This document shows positions 1-13,019 of a stretch of DNA of 64,000 nucleotides, piece by piece. Under the pieces are notes generated by a model. That model did no database searches, was not told the DNA's origin, and saw only the letters and a list, made by a program, of their open reading frames with translations. The DNA is from Felis catus (Eukaryota), in the NCBI RefSeq assembly GCF_018350175.1, contig NC_058368.1, forward strand, positions 136,278,001-136,342,000, given 5' to 3'. The stretch's first letter is position 1. Each line of letters begins with the position of its first letter. The position numbers and the translations under genes are program-made.

Positions 1-247
1 GCCTTAGTAGGCAGAACACTGTATGTGCATGTGAGCATGTGTGTGTGTATGTTAGTGTTTGAAACTGTTTATATGGGGGTTTACATTAACATGTTTTATC
101 TAGAGCATTATTTAAACAATGAAATGTTTCAGGGAAGTTTTGATACGACGCTTGAACTGTAAGTGCTGTGGATGACATGTATGTATCCTCAGGCTGTAGG
201 AATACTTGTTTTAAAAGTGCTTATATTGTTTTAATTTTTACTAAAAG

Positions 248-308
248 TTTTTTTCTTAATGTTTATTCATTTTGAGAGAGAGAGAAAGAGCTCAAGCGGG
301 GGAGTGGC

Positions 309-341
<33 letters not shown>

Positions 342-473
342 CAGATTCCCAAGCAGGCCCTTCCCTCCCAGCACAGAACCCATCCTGGGGCCCCATCTCA
401 CAAACCATGAGATCATGACCTGAGCTGAAATCAAGAGTTGGGCAGTTAACTGACTGAGCCACCCAGGTGCCCC
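248..473 (-). mobile_element. Carnivore SINE (SINEC_Fc-like)
   Basis: Reverse complement of ggggcacctgggtggctcag head, (CT)n body and A-rich tail. Confidence 0.92.
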
Positions 474-837
474 TCTGTTTTCTTTTAAAGTGGAAAACTA
501 AGGAATTATAGTGAGGCTCAGGAATTCCCACTGACAAGCACTTCTAGTTTTTTGAGTTTCACTTGCTGTTTAGAATGTTAGTGATTGACTTCATCCCTAC
601 AGCTGTGAGCCAGTGATCACACACATGACTGCAAACAAATGTAGTACAAACCATAGTCGATGTCCCATTGGCCGTGGGTCCACACGGGAGTATTATTGTT
701 ACTGTTACTGTAAGGTCAAACTAGCTAAGCACAGGGTACACTTTCCTATTGCTGACCCAGGTATGGTGTTTGTAGGATGCATGATGGCTACAGATTTGTT
801 CACCCCCCTTTAAAAAGATTACCTCATTTGCTTATAG

Positions 838-904
838 GGGGCTCACTTCATCCAGTTATGCTGCCAAAGGAATATTCCTCTGCTGTTCCTTCAAAACATT
901 ACCG
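838..904 (+). CDS. MCCC2: MCCC2 internal coding exon (exon 13 by human numbering), GAHFIQLCCQRNIPLLFLQNIT(G)
   Basis: Acceptor cttatag|GGG and donor ACCG|gtaaga, 67 nt; translation matches the MCC beta carboxyltransferase domain and the phase joins the next exon. Confidence 0.97.
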
Positions 905-2133
905 GTAAGAAAATAGCTTAATCAGTTTTGTTGCATTATTCCAGAGATTAACTGTCCAGTAGGACTCAGATATTGGGCAGTGTAGACATAGAGCACTTCC
1001 ATTATAGCAAAAAGTTCAACTGGATACTGTTTGGTAGAGTCTCTTCAAGGGTTAACACTTCATGAATCTAAAATGAGATGTTTATCCCTATTTGGATAAA
1101 GCAGTTTCTCAGTTACATGTATCACAGTCAGAGGGCCTCCCTTTACTCCTACACACGCATACCTACGCCCCTTCCTCCCCCACCCTGGCAGGGCGCTATT
1201 CTCTCCCAGAAATACTGATCTCACTACCAGAGAGTGTTGTCTGGCCCATCATCTCTTTCCTAGCACTTTGTTTTCCATAAAGGATTTCAAGCACATGCTA
1301 TGCTCCTTCCTTTTCCTCATCTTTTATTGTGTGGTTAATTCTACCTGAAGTGACATACTAGAAAAGGTGTATGTACATCCTGAACAATAGTCTGAGGATT
1401 TGAGTTTGGACTCCAAAGAATGGTAAGATCAGTATCCCCTCTCTGGATTTCATGTTTCATAGATGATCTTAATAGGGTGGATGAAATGATTTTTAAGGTC
1501 TTCTGTGGTTGTAGAGTCCTTTTTCCTACAATTCTCTGTTACTTATCTTGTTTGTGGAACAGTGCCTAACCTATAGGGGGCACTTAGATATGGTGGTTAG
1601 CTGGAAGCCCCCCTCCTCCTGTCTTCAAAATGATCCCTGGTTATCTCAAGCTCAAAGGAAGGAGGGCTCTTAGTTAGTCATTAGAATCAGGCGAGCCTTC
1701 ACAAGAAAAAGGAGTTTGGCTCCTGCTAGTCAGCAGGGCATTAAACAGTCCTGTGCAAAAACATCTTGATCTGGTGCTTCCCTTAAGTTTATGATAGTTG
1801 ATTAGATGGATTTTGAGAGGCGTTATGTCCCAACAGCAGCCTGAGAGAGCACTTTGTGGCAAACCTTGTGGAAGGGCAGATAAAAAGAATTCTGAAGCTT
1901 CAGGGGACCTTGTTTCTAATAATTTGATCATTTATTAACCACCAGTAAGTTAAACCTTGTTCTTGGAAGTTACACCTACATTTCTGTTCTTTGGTTTTTC
2001 GGTTGGGTTGGGCGCAGAGTGCAGAGGTTGTGTTTGATTTTGCAATCTTGCATTTGACAGTCCTGTGTGACATCCATGGAGATACACATACAAAAGGCAG
2101 TTGAATAAATCTATTTTTATTATTATTAAATAT

Positions 2134-2332
2134 ATTTTTAACATTTATTTATTTTTGAGAGATAGAGTGTAAGTGGGGAGGGGCAGAGAAAGAGGGAGAC
2201 ACAGAATCTGAAGCAAGCTCCAGGCTCTGAGCTGTCAGCACAGAGCCTGGTATGGGGGTCCAAACCCTTGGACCATGAGATCATGACCTGAGCTGAAGTC
2301 TGATGCTTAACCGACTGAGCCACTCAGGCGTC
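2134..2332 (-). mobile_element. Carnivore SINE (SINEC_Fc-like)
   Basis: Consensus motifs gctgtcagcacagagcc and catgacctgagctgaagtc. Confidence 0.92.
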
Positions 2333-2598
2333 TTAGCAGTTCAAAAAATCTTGAACACAGAGGACGTGTGTTGGCTGCATATAAATATATAGGCATCCTC
2401 AGAATATGTAGATGTTATTTAAGACTGTGGGAAGAGATGAGAACACCCCCGAAAGAAGACAAGAGGGCTCAGGGACAGTCTTTGAGGACAGAACTCTGAT
2501 TTTTTCCAAAGAGATGAGAGGAGAGGAAGGAAGGGAGCATGATTATGTTGTTTTTTATGCTGGGAAGGATTAGGAGAAAGACAATTGAGGTGACACAA

Positions 2599-2600
<2 letters not shown>

Positions 2601-2632
<32 letters not shown>

Positions 2633-2831
2633 GTTTATGGTATTTATTTTGAGAGAGAGAAAGATAGTGAACAGGGGAGGGACAGAGAGAAAGGGAGACA
2701 GAGAATCCCAGGCAGATCTGTGCTATCACCTAAGAGCCTGATGTGGGGCTCAAACTCATGAACTGTGAGATCGTTACCTGAGCCAAAACCAAGAGTCAAA
2801 CACTTAACTGACTGAACCACCCATGCACCCC
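2601..2831 (-). mobile_element. Carnivore SINE with long poly(A) tail
   Basis: T-run from 2601 followed by SINE body. Confidence 0.92.
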
Positions 2832-3689
2832 GTGGAATCCTATTTTTGAAGGCAAAATCATCTCCAGGGAATAGAGAAGCGGTAGGGTGCTGGGTGAGGG
2901 ATGAGAGCTTGAAGGTAGCTGATATTTGAGCTAGCTACTGTGGAATATTTCAGGAAATCAAGACAAGGCAGGAAGAGGTGCTCTGAGCTATTGCGAGGGC
3001 CCTGTTCACAGGGGTCCCAGGGAAGCACAGTGTGCCTGGCAAGGATGAGGGCTGTCCTGTCAGTACCGCTCTGTCTGCAGCTTGGACAGCTGTCCCATAA
3101 AAACTGAATGGAATCGGATGACTTGATTGCCGGGGACTTGCAAAACAAAAACAGTGACAGCCAGTTAGGCAAGTGAGTGGACGGTTGGGGAGGGAGACGC
3201 ATGAAGCCTGGCTTGGGTTTTGTGAGGTGAGCAGGAAGGAGCCCAAGGCCTGGAGGGCCCAGTGCAGCTGCAGAGCCGTCTCCCATGGCCAGGAGCTTGA
3301 GGAAGCACAGGAATGCTGTAGTTGCCGTGAAAAATTCTTCCACCATGCTATTGAGTCACTGGCGGGGGGCTCTTACCATATTTGAAACATCTATCTTTTT
3401 ATTTCATCCAAATTTTAAAGCAGTGTTTCAGAAGGAACAGTTTATGTATTAAACCAGGTCAGGACATATGGAAGCCTTTGTAGTTCGGCTTGCTACAGCA
3501 TTTCGTCCTGAGCTTGCTGTGTCACAGTCCTTCATCACTGACTGCTGTTTGGGGAGAATTTTTGACGGTAAACTCCTGGCATCCTGATCTTGTTTGAGAG
3601 CTGTGTGTGCATCCAGATGAACCATTTTAATGGTTTCAATAAAATGAAAATTTTAGAAGTGATTAGAGCAGTTTTATTTTATCTTTAAA

Positions 3690-3899
3690 AAAATTTTTTT
3701 TTAATGTTTATTTATTTTTGAGAGAGAGAGAGTGTGAGTGAGGCAGGGGCAGAGAGAGGGGGAGACACAGAATCCGAAGCAGGCTCCAGGCTCTGAGCTG
3801 TCAGCACAGAGCCTGACGCGAGGCTCAAACCCCTGAACCACGAGATCATGACCTGAGCCAAAGTTGGACACTTACCCGACTGAGCCACCCAGGCTCCCC
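3690..3899 (-). mobile_element. Carnivore SINE
   Basis: SINE body; TSD ttattttatcttt at ~3674 and ~3900. Confidence 0.93.
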
Positions 3900-4067
3900 T
3901 TATTTTATCTTTTCAAGCAAACTTTTTGGGGGTGTATATTTCGCATGTAAATATTTTGTTACAGTGAGAGGCTTTGTAGTAAAATACAATTTGACAAGAT
4001 GTTGGATTTGACTTCTGCACATAAATTCCCTTACATCCAGAGGCTCTTTTTCTGTTCTTTTCCTTAG

Positions 4068-4224
4068 GATTTATGGTTGGTAGAGACTATGAGGCGGAAG
4101 GAATTGCCAAGGATGGTGCCAAGATGGTGGCTGCTGTAGCCTGTGCCAATGTGCCTAAGATAACTGTCATCATTGGGGGATCTTATGGGGCCGGAAACTA
4201 TGGGATGTGTGGCAGAGCATATAG
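4068..4224 (+). CDS. MCCC2: MCCC2 coding exon 14, (G)[51 protein letters not shown](S)
   Basis: Acceptor ttccttag|GA and donor ATAG|gtaggt, 157 nt; contains the [16 protein letters not shown] signature. Confidence 0.98.
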
Positions 4225-4399
4225 GTAGGTGATTGTCAGGGTTTTCTCTGAAGAAAGAATCACACTTCAAGTATATTTATAAATGGTCAGTTTGTTACAG
4301 GTTTAGTTGAAACATAGAATGGCATTCACAAATTTTGATCAGTTATACCGTAATTTGTATCATCTGGAGGAGTGAAATGAAATTTAAGACTAAACGTGC

Positions 4400-4900
4400 T
4401 ACTTGGAAGAAATCCACAATGGGAATCAGGAAATATTTTGCGATGGCTTATAATGTCATAATTTATGTGATGCAGCTAAGGTCTTGCTTTGAGGAAGGTG
4501 TGTACTAGACGTAAATATACATAGACTGGAAAAGAAAGGCTGAAAATCCCTGAGCCAGGCTGCCAGCTCAAGAAGTGTGAAGAAGAACAGCTTATTCAAC
4601 ACAAGAAAATAGAAAACAGGACACAATAAAGAGCGAACATCGTAAAGATAAAAGAATCAGGAAAGCCCAGACTTACTTGTTTAAAAAGGTTAACAAATTT
4701 GGTCGTCTCCTAGTAAAACTAAAAAATAAAGCAAAAAGACTTTAGATCGGGAATGGAAAACAGGACATAAGCACAGGTAATAAGGGGATATTTTGAATAT
4801 TTTTATGCCCAATAAGTTGACATGAAATGGACAAATAAAATTTATCAAAACAGACATCGGAATCATGTGGAGAACTTAAGAACCCAACTACACTCAGCAC
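4400..4900 (+). mobile_element. Old degraded L1 ORF2 fragment
   Basis: A-rich sequence resembling L1 ORF2 (atttatgtgatgcagctaagg, cagctcaagaag..agaagaacagc, gaaatggacaaat). Confidence 0.6.
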
Positions 4901-5049
4901 ACACCTCTGGAGATTCGTCTGGGGTAGGTTCCAAACGTGATTTTTAAAAAAAATGCCCTTGGAATACACAGCTGGAATGAAGAACCACTAATTTAGGAGG
5001 TAATCACAGGCCTGTGAAAACCTCTGTGTTGTACAGTGAATTAATTTGA

Positions 5050-5418
<369 letters not shown>

Positions 5419-6870
5419 TGAGGCATAAGGATCTTAGGTTCTTAGTCATTTGCAGTTAGTGAGATTTAAATAAATGCGATTTACTTCTTTGATTTTATGA
5501 CCTAAAGCAGCAGAATTTTGTTTTTTCCAGTTTCTCTCTTAGATTGTCCTTGAGTGGGAGGGCCCGGTCCTTTAATTGAGGATGGAGTAACATTATTATA
5601 CTGTGCACATATAAATGAAAAATGGAAAGGTCACTGGAAGCTTGATGAAAGGCAAATCAGCAAGTGGCTGCTTTTAGTTTTCTAAATGTTAATAGTAGGT
5701 ACTTTTAAGCGATTGTTTTTTAGGCCTTGACAGCAACATCACACAAAAGGTACTGACTGAGTACTCCACAGGGTATAGAGTGCTCAAGCACCTTAGAAGG
5801 TTTACATGACTTGGAGAAAATGTGAGGTTCTTGCCCCTTGAGTAGCTGACAGTCTGGGGGCGGACAGCTTATAATCTGAGGGTTGAGTGAACAACAGAAT
5901 AATTTATTAAGGCAAATTCTTCTTTGCAAGCAGTTGTTTTGAAAATGGATTCTTTTGTTTGTGTCTCAGAGATTCTTCTGAAGTTGTGCATTAATTTTTA
6001 TTAGTTATACTACTACTTTGCATAAGCCCCGAACCTTAAAATGATTGATGCATGTTCTTGGAACTGTTTACGTGACCTGTTTTATCGTAACAGGGCATAA
6101 CATGGAGGAGGCCCTGCCTTCTAAGGTTCTCATTCCTGCCAGTTAGGATCATCTGGTCAACCGCCTAGCTTATGGAATGGGGATAAGATAAGCATGAGGG
6201 GTGGCTCTTGCCTCCCTGAATGCATCCTACTCATGCTTCACATCCTCAGTTGTCTTTTCCAAGCAGCAGGAATTCTGCAGACTTAAACTGAAGTTTTCTA
6301 TTCATTTCCGTACTGATGAGTATCCAAGTGAAATGAGAGGTTTACTCTTGTGTTTGTTGTGTGTTTGTGTGTTAGGCATCAGAGGTGTGAAATTCTACCT
6401 GATATTTTAAAGACCTAGCTTTAACCCTAGCCCAGTATGGTAGTCTTTTATTAAATAGTTGTTCTTTGATTGATATACAAATATATGAATTCATTTATTC
6501 TTATGTATGAAAGGAAAGTATAGGATTTTAGTGGTTCTCTCCCCAAATTCTTGACATATAAGTGATACTAAACTATGAAAGTACATAAAAGAAGGTTGGA
6601 TTTATTTGAAATAAGTCATTTGTTTTGGTGTGAAATACTTTTTAAGTTGAAAACACTTTCCAGGGTTTCAAAATTGGTCTGCATAAAGATTTTTGCAACT
6701 GAATTAATTATCGCTTGTTTCTGGCAATACTGGTGGGCAAGCCATTAAATTTTTAATTAGAGGAAAATATCTCTGAGCTATTTGGGTTTATTCAAGTGGT
6801 GGTTGATATTTCACCCATTTAAACTTTAAAATTGTTTTAAATTTGTCTATTTTGAATGAAAATCCCCTAC

Positions 6871-7068
6871 GGGGCACCTGGGTGGCTCGGTTGATTAAGC
6901 ATACGAGTCTTGATTTCGGCTGAGGTCCTGATCTCATGGTCATGAGATGGAGTACCACTCTGGGCTCTGTGCCGACAGTGTGGAGCTTCCTTGGGATTCT
7001 CTCCCCTTCTCTCTGCCCATACCCACCACTCCCTGTTTCAAAAAACAAAAACAAAAACAAAAACAAAA
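6871..7068 (+). mobile_element. Carnivore SINE with (AAAAAC)n tail
   Basis: ggggcacctgggtggctcgg head; CT-rich body. Confidence 0.92.
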
Positions 7069-7194
7069 CCCACAACAATCTCCTACTGGTCCACATCCAA
7101 CAGAAGCTGCTAAATGTAAAATTGCCCTTTTGTTACATTTTGTATAATTCACATCCCTTGTTAGGCCCTGCTAGAATACTCTATCCCCTTGGGT

Positions 7195-7401
7195 TTGTTT
7201 TTGTTTTTCAAGTTTATTTACTTATTTTGAGGGGCGGGGAGGGCAGGGGAGGGACAAAGAGAGAGAGAGAGAGAATCCCAAGCAGGATCCGCACTGTCAG
7301 CGTGGAGCGCATTGCAGGGCTCGATCTCACAAACCATGAAATCACAACCTGAGCCAAAATCAAGAGTTAGATGCTCAACCAACTGAGCCACTCAGGTGCC
7401 C
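7195..7401 (-). mobile_element. Carnivore SINE
   Basis: SINE body; TSD atccccttgg at ~7183 and ~7406. Confidence 0.92.
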
Positions 7402-7670
7402 TGCGATCCCCTTGGTTTTGAACCTTACACTAAACCGCCTCAGGAAGTTGTCTCTGACAAGGGAGATGTAATGGTGGACCAGTTTGACACTCATGTCTCA
7501 GGTGAGATCATGTGTACTAAAGTATCACTTGTCATCTATATATGTCACTGTGCAGATGGTGGTTGTGACCTTATTACTCAAGAAATGGTCACCCCTTTTT
7601 TCTTGAGGTTCTCTTGAGTGGATCTGTTGCTTTAGTACAGTGGATTCATTCATGGTCCCTTTTCTTTCAG

Positions 7671-7756
7671 TTCTCCCCTGCGGATGAAGCAGCTTTAAAA
7701 GAGCCAATCATTAAGAAGTTTGAAGAGGAAGGAAACCCTTACTATTCCAGTGCAAG
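7671..7756 (+). CDS. MCCC2: MCCC2 coding exon 16, [28 protein letters not shown](R)
   Basis: Acceptor tttctttcag|TTC and donor AAG|gtggga, 86 nt. Confidence 0.97.
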
Positions 7757-8037
7757 GTGGGAACCAGGGAAAAACTACCTTCTGATACCTCCTGATGGGT
7801 GCATCTGGGCTGTAAGGGCAGCAGCTTTACAGAGATACAGGCAGTTGGGTTGGTCTGGCCTTTGTAGGAACCAGTAAACAACTTTGGGCCGCACATAATT
7901 TTGTATTATTGTCTCTATAATGGGAGTACCTGCTGCGGAAATCCCACCCCTTCTCCCAGGCTGGGCTATGGACCATTACCTTTGGTCTGATTCCACAACT
8001 CTCCACCATTCTTTCCACCACCACCCCCCGCCACGCC

Positions 8038-8252
8038 TTTTTTTTAGTGTTTATTTTATTTTTGAGAGAGAGATAGAGAACACATGAAAAGGGAAGGGGC
8101 AGAGAGAGAGGAGAGACACAGGATCAGAGACAGTCTCCAGGCTCTAAGCTGTCAGCACAGACCTGACACAGGACTTCAACTCACTGTGAACTGCAAGATC
8201 ATGACCTGAGCCGAAGTCGGCACTTAACCGACTGAGCCACCCAGGCGCCCCC
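8038..8252 (-). mobile_element. Carnivore SINE
   Basis: SINE consensus motifs ending ccacccaggcgcccc. Confidence 0.92.
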
Positions 8253-8415
8253 TTCCTTCTCCCACTTCTAAATGAGGTGTCTGGGCCTGCAGGGGATAAA
8301 AAGTTAAGAGTTATAATCCTGGCTGTATCATTTTCAGGAATTCGTTCTTTTATAGTTTTTGCTTAAATACGTGGATTCCTGCCATGCCCCTGTCTTTATT
8401 TTGTTTTTACTCCTC

Positions 8416-8627
8416 TTTTATTCAATGTTTATTTATTTTTGGGACAGAGAGAGACACAGCATGAATGGGGGAGGGGCAGAGAGAGAGAGGGAGACACAGA
8501 ATCGGAAACAGGCTCCAGGCTCTGAGCCATCAGCCCAGAGCCTGATGCGGGGCTCGAACTCACGGACTGCGAGACCGTGACCCGGCTGAAGTCGGACGCT
8601 TAACCGACTGCGCCACCCAGGCACCCC
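8416..8627 (-). mobile_element. Young feline SINE (CpG-rich subfamily)
   Basis: gactgcgccacccagg head; TSD tttttactcct at ~8404 and ~8629. Confidence 0.94.
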
Positions 8628-9440
8628 ATTTTTACTCCTATTTTAAAGATGACTTTGGTTGAACTGTTGAACATGTTTTGGCACTTGATAACGAGTGTGC
8701 TTGTGCACTGAGGAGGTGATTACTCACAGCCAGGGTCTGCGTGTCAGCACCAAGTAATCACCTCACACACCATTGCAACTCTTGGTTCTGTTTGTTTCTT
8801 ACAGCCTTTAATGAGGTCATAAATCATCGTGGCCTGCCCGGGCTGCAGACTTGCTGCCATGTGTGCATTCAGACCTCTGTTTTCAGCAACTTTAATGTTC
8901 TTCATTCTGAAGAATAATCTAAGCTTCATATCTTCCTTTTATCCCTTGGGCATATGGAATAAAGAAAATAACTATTTGTGTCTTTTAAAATTAGGTTATG
9001 GTGTGATTTGTGTCATTTACTGGGGAAGGCAAACTGGAGAGGAAGGAGAAAAGAAAAAAATTAGAATCCGTTTCAGTCATCAGCACATCTTTCGTGGCGG
9101 GTACTGCTCCTGGCACTTTGGGTACAGAGGCTGAACATACTTATTTTCAAGAGCATATAATTACTTTCGGAATGAAAATGGTACCATTTGGCATTTTTAA
9201 AAAGCCTATTTCTCTTCTTGTTAATATGTATTTTTGTAAGCCGATTTGCAGGGCTATTTTGTTGTGGGTCATTGATTCATTTAATTAAGATGAAAATATT
9301 TTATAGTCTTTGAGACATAAACATGTTCTTGTTACCATCACTTAAACAGACTTAGATAGTAGCCAGTAGAAGCAAAGAGGAAATAGAAAACCCTAAAAAA
9401 AGGTTTAAGAGAAAAGAGTAAATGGTAAGCTCACATACAG

Positions 9441-11224
9441 TTTTTTTTTTTTTTTCAATATATGAAATTTATTGTCAAATTGGTTTCCATACAACACCCA
9501 GTGCTCATCCCAAAAGGTGCCCTCCTCAATACCCATCACCCACCCTCTCCTCCCTCCCACCCCCCATCAGCCCTCAGTTTGTTCTCAGTTTTTAAGAGTC
9601 TCCTATGCTTTGGCTCTCTCCCACTCTAACCTCTTTTTTTTTTTCCTTCCCCTCCCCCATGGGTTTCTGTTAAGTTTCTCAGGATCCACATAAGAGTGAA
9701 CACATATGGTATCTGTCTGTCTCTGTATGGCTTATTTCACTTAGCATCACACTCTCCAGTTCCATCCACGTTGCTACAAAGGGCCATATTTCATTTTTTC
9801 TCATTGCCACGTAGTACTCCATTGTGTATATAAACCACAATTTCTTTATCCATTTGTCAGTTGATGGACATTTAGGCTCTTCCCATAATTTGGCTGTTGT
9901 TGAGAGTGCTGCTATAAACATTGGGGTACAAGTGCCCCTCTGCGTCAGCACTCCTGTATCCTTCCTGTATTCCTAGCAGTGCTACTGCTGGGTCATAGGG
10001 TAGGTCTATTTTTAATTTTTAGAGGAACCTCCACACTGTTTTCCAGAGCGGCTGCACCAATTTGCATTCCCACCAACAGTGCAAGAGGGTTCCCGTTTCT
10101 CCACATCCTCTCCAGCATCTGTAGTCTCCTGATTTGTTCATTTTGGCCACTCTGACTGGCATGAAGTGATATTTGAGTGTGGTTTTGATTTGTATTTCCC
10201 TGATGAGGAGCGACGTTGAGCATCTTTTCATGTGCCTGCTGGCCACCTGGATGTCTTCTTTAGAGAAGTGTCTATTCATGTTTTCTGCCCATTTCTTCAC
10301 TGGATTATTTGTTTTTCGGGTGTGGAGTTTGGTGAGCTCTTTATAGATTTTGGATACTAGCCCTTTGTCCGATATGTCATTTGCAAATATCTTTTCCCAT
10401 TCCGTTGGTTGCCTTTTAGTTTTGTTGATTGTTTCCTTTGCTGTGCAGAAGCTTTTTATCTTCATAAGGTCCCAGTAGTTCATTTTTGCTTTTAATTCCC
10501 TTGCCTTTGGGGATGTGTCGAGTAAGAGATTGCTACAGCTGAGGTCAAAGAGGTCTTTTCCTGTTTTCTCCTCTAGGGTTTTGATGGTTTCCTGTCTCAC
10601 ATTCAGGTCCTTTATCCATTTTGAGTTTATTTTTGTGAATGGTGTGAGAAAGTGGTCTAGTTTCAACCTTCTGCATGTTGCTGTCCAGTTCTCCCAGCAC
10701 CATTTGTTAAAGAGACTGTCTTTTTTCCATTGGATGTTCTTTCCTGCTTTGTCAAAGATGAGTTGGCCATACGTTTGTGGGTCTAGTTCTGGGGTTTCTA
10801 TTCTATTCCATTGGTCTATGTGTCTGTTTTTGTGCCAATACCATGCTGTCTTGATGATGACAGCTTTGTAGTAGAGGCTAAAGTCTGGGATTGTGATGCC
10901 TCCTGCTTTGGTCTTCTTCAAAATTACTTTGGCTATTCGGGGCCTTTTTTGGTTCCATATGAATTTTAGGATTGCTTGTTCTAGTTTCGAGAAGAATGCT
11001 GGTGCAATTTTGATTGGGATTGCATTGAATGTGTAGATAGCTTTGGGTAGTATCGACATTTTGACGATATTTATTCTTCCAACCCATGAGCACAGAATGT
11101 TTTTCCATTTCTTTATATCTTCTTCAATTTCCTGCATAAGCTTTCTATAGTTTTTAGCATACAGATCTTTTTACATCTTTGGTTAGGTTTATTCCTAGGT
11201 ATTTTATGCTTCTTGGTGCAATTG
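9441..11224 (-). mobile_element. Young 5'-truncated L1 (~1.8 kb) in the last MCCC2 intron, antisense to the gene
   Basis: 372-aa ORF2 C-terminal frame 10019-11137; poly(A) at 9441; perfect 15-bp TSD gctcacatacagttt at 9429-9443 and 11225-11239. Confidence 0.97.
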
Positions 11225-11568
11225 GCTCACATACAGTTTCTTGTTTGTTTTTGTTTCTACATCAGATTTTGAGTGAAATGCACAAGGACAGTTGAAATAT
11301 TAAACTTTGAAAAATAACGTATCTCGTGTGAGCCATTCATTTGTTTTTCAGCCCTGGCTAAGTCATCTCTTGAGAAAGACTGAATCGTTTATTGTTTTCA
11401 TACTTACATTAGTATTATTATTTTAATAGGCTGTATTCAGGGCAGGGGAGCAAATGGCCCAGATCTATTTATCTCTGGAAACAAATATCAAAAAACACTA
11501 AGGTGTTTTTTTGTTGTTGTTGTTAATTCATAGATGTTTAGGCCTTTGTGTTAAAACACTTGGTGGCA

Positions 11569-11788
11569 GGGGCGCCTGGGTGGCGCAGTCGTCGGTTAAG
11601 CGTCCGACTTCAGCCAGGTCACGATCTCGCGGTCCGGGAGTTCGAGCCCCGCGTCAGGCTCTGGGCTGATGGCTCAGAGCCTGGAGCCTGTTTCCGATTC
11701 TGTGTCTCCCTCTCTCTCTGCCCCTCCCCTGTTCATGCTCTGTCTCTCTCTGTCCCAAAAATAAATAAAAAACGTTGAAAAAAAAAAT
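11569..11788 (+). mobile_element. Young feline SINE
   Basis: CpG-rich; 18-bp TSD ttaaaacacttggtggca at 11551-11568 and 11789-11806. Confidence 0.96.
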
Positions 11789-13019
11789 TTAAAACACTTG
11801 GTGGCATGGAGTCAGCAGTTTTCTTTACAAGATGAAAGGATTTTCAAGCCAGTTCATGGCACCTTCCTTGGATTTCATGAATCTCAGCCTACCAGTAAAC
11901 TTGTGCGGTCTGTTTTGGCTCTACCATGGTTGGCTCTGCCTTTTCAGAGACCTCTTTCATTATCTGCTACCGTGGATAATGACGTTCTGTGTTTCTCTCA
12001 GTCCTTCATTGTTACGTGTGCAGCATGCCAGTTTCTTCTGCTCAGTTCTTTTTATAATCAAAACTTTTTCAGGCATTTGATTAGGGCCTTTTACCTGGAG
12101 CACTCTTGTTAATGACCATCACGAAGCAGGCCTGGCTTTGCTGTGCTTGCTGCGTTATTCTGCTGTTGGCGTCAGAAGGGGGTGTAATCAACTGACCTGG
12201 TTACACATGACAGGAGTGGCCTCTTCCTACTGGCTGTTGCTACTTCAGGGTCCCCATTATGAATGTTTTATGAGCAAAGATTTGATTCATGGTGTGTCGA
12301 TCTAAGTATGGTTTAATAATTAATGCTATTGTCTAGATACTGAAAGCAGTTTGTTTAAAGAAAGCCAAACAGCCACCTACTAATGACCTTTAAAAAACAG
12401 TATTTCTCATTCATCTTTTTTGTAAAACTGAGGTTGTCAGTGAAAAGCAGATTTGTACTTCAGAGTTTCTTTTGAAAGCAGCTTAAAGCTATTACTTACT
12501 TTCCTATTGTAACAAAAGACAAAGAACTTACATTGCAGATACTTTAATAAAATAGTGAAGTCTATTCAGTCATTTTTGTAGTTTCTTAAAAGTTTGGGAA
12601 TTTGGGGGAGTACACCTTTTCCAGTAGAGACTTTGGTTTGAGATCATTACCTGGGTTCATGTGTCTCTCCATATTAATAACAGGAACACATCAACTTGTA
12701 TATTTATGTGGGCAGAAGAACAGGAAACATTTTCCTAAAATAAGTAAAAGTATTTGAAAATCAAGGATTATTTTGTGGTTTCTGGAAGCAGTTCCCAAAA
12801 CCATAGCTCACTCTGACATTCTTTGAGGGCCTGGGATCAAAGTCCTGTCATTTTTCTTTGGGAAGAATGTAGTTTCAGTTGTGAGAATGTAGTACCCAGA
12901 ATCTCATTGGTAGATCCCCATGGTACCTGAAGAAAAACCTCAGCATTTCTGGGCATAAATTATATAAATGGTAGTTTGGTGGTAGATTCCTAATAACTTT
13001 TGCTTTGTTCTTTTATCAG

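Noticed and set aside
2858..3346. 162-aa minus-strand ORF in an MCCC2 intron
   Set aside because: No recognisable protein similarity or supporting gene structure; GC-richer sequence explains the lack of stops
10019..11137. 372-aa ORF as a host gene or active L1
   Set aside because: It is the C-terminal part of ORF2 in a 5'-truncated L1 with no promoter, ORF1, endonuclease or RT core, and it has a premature stop
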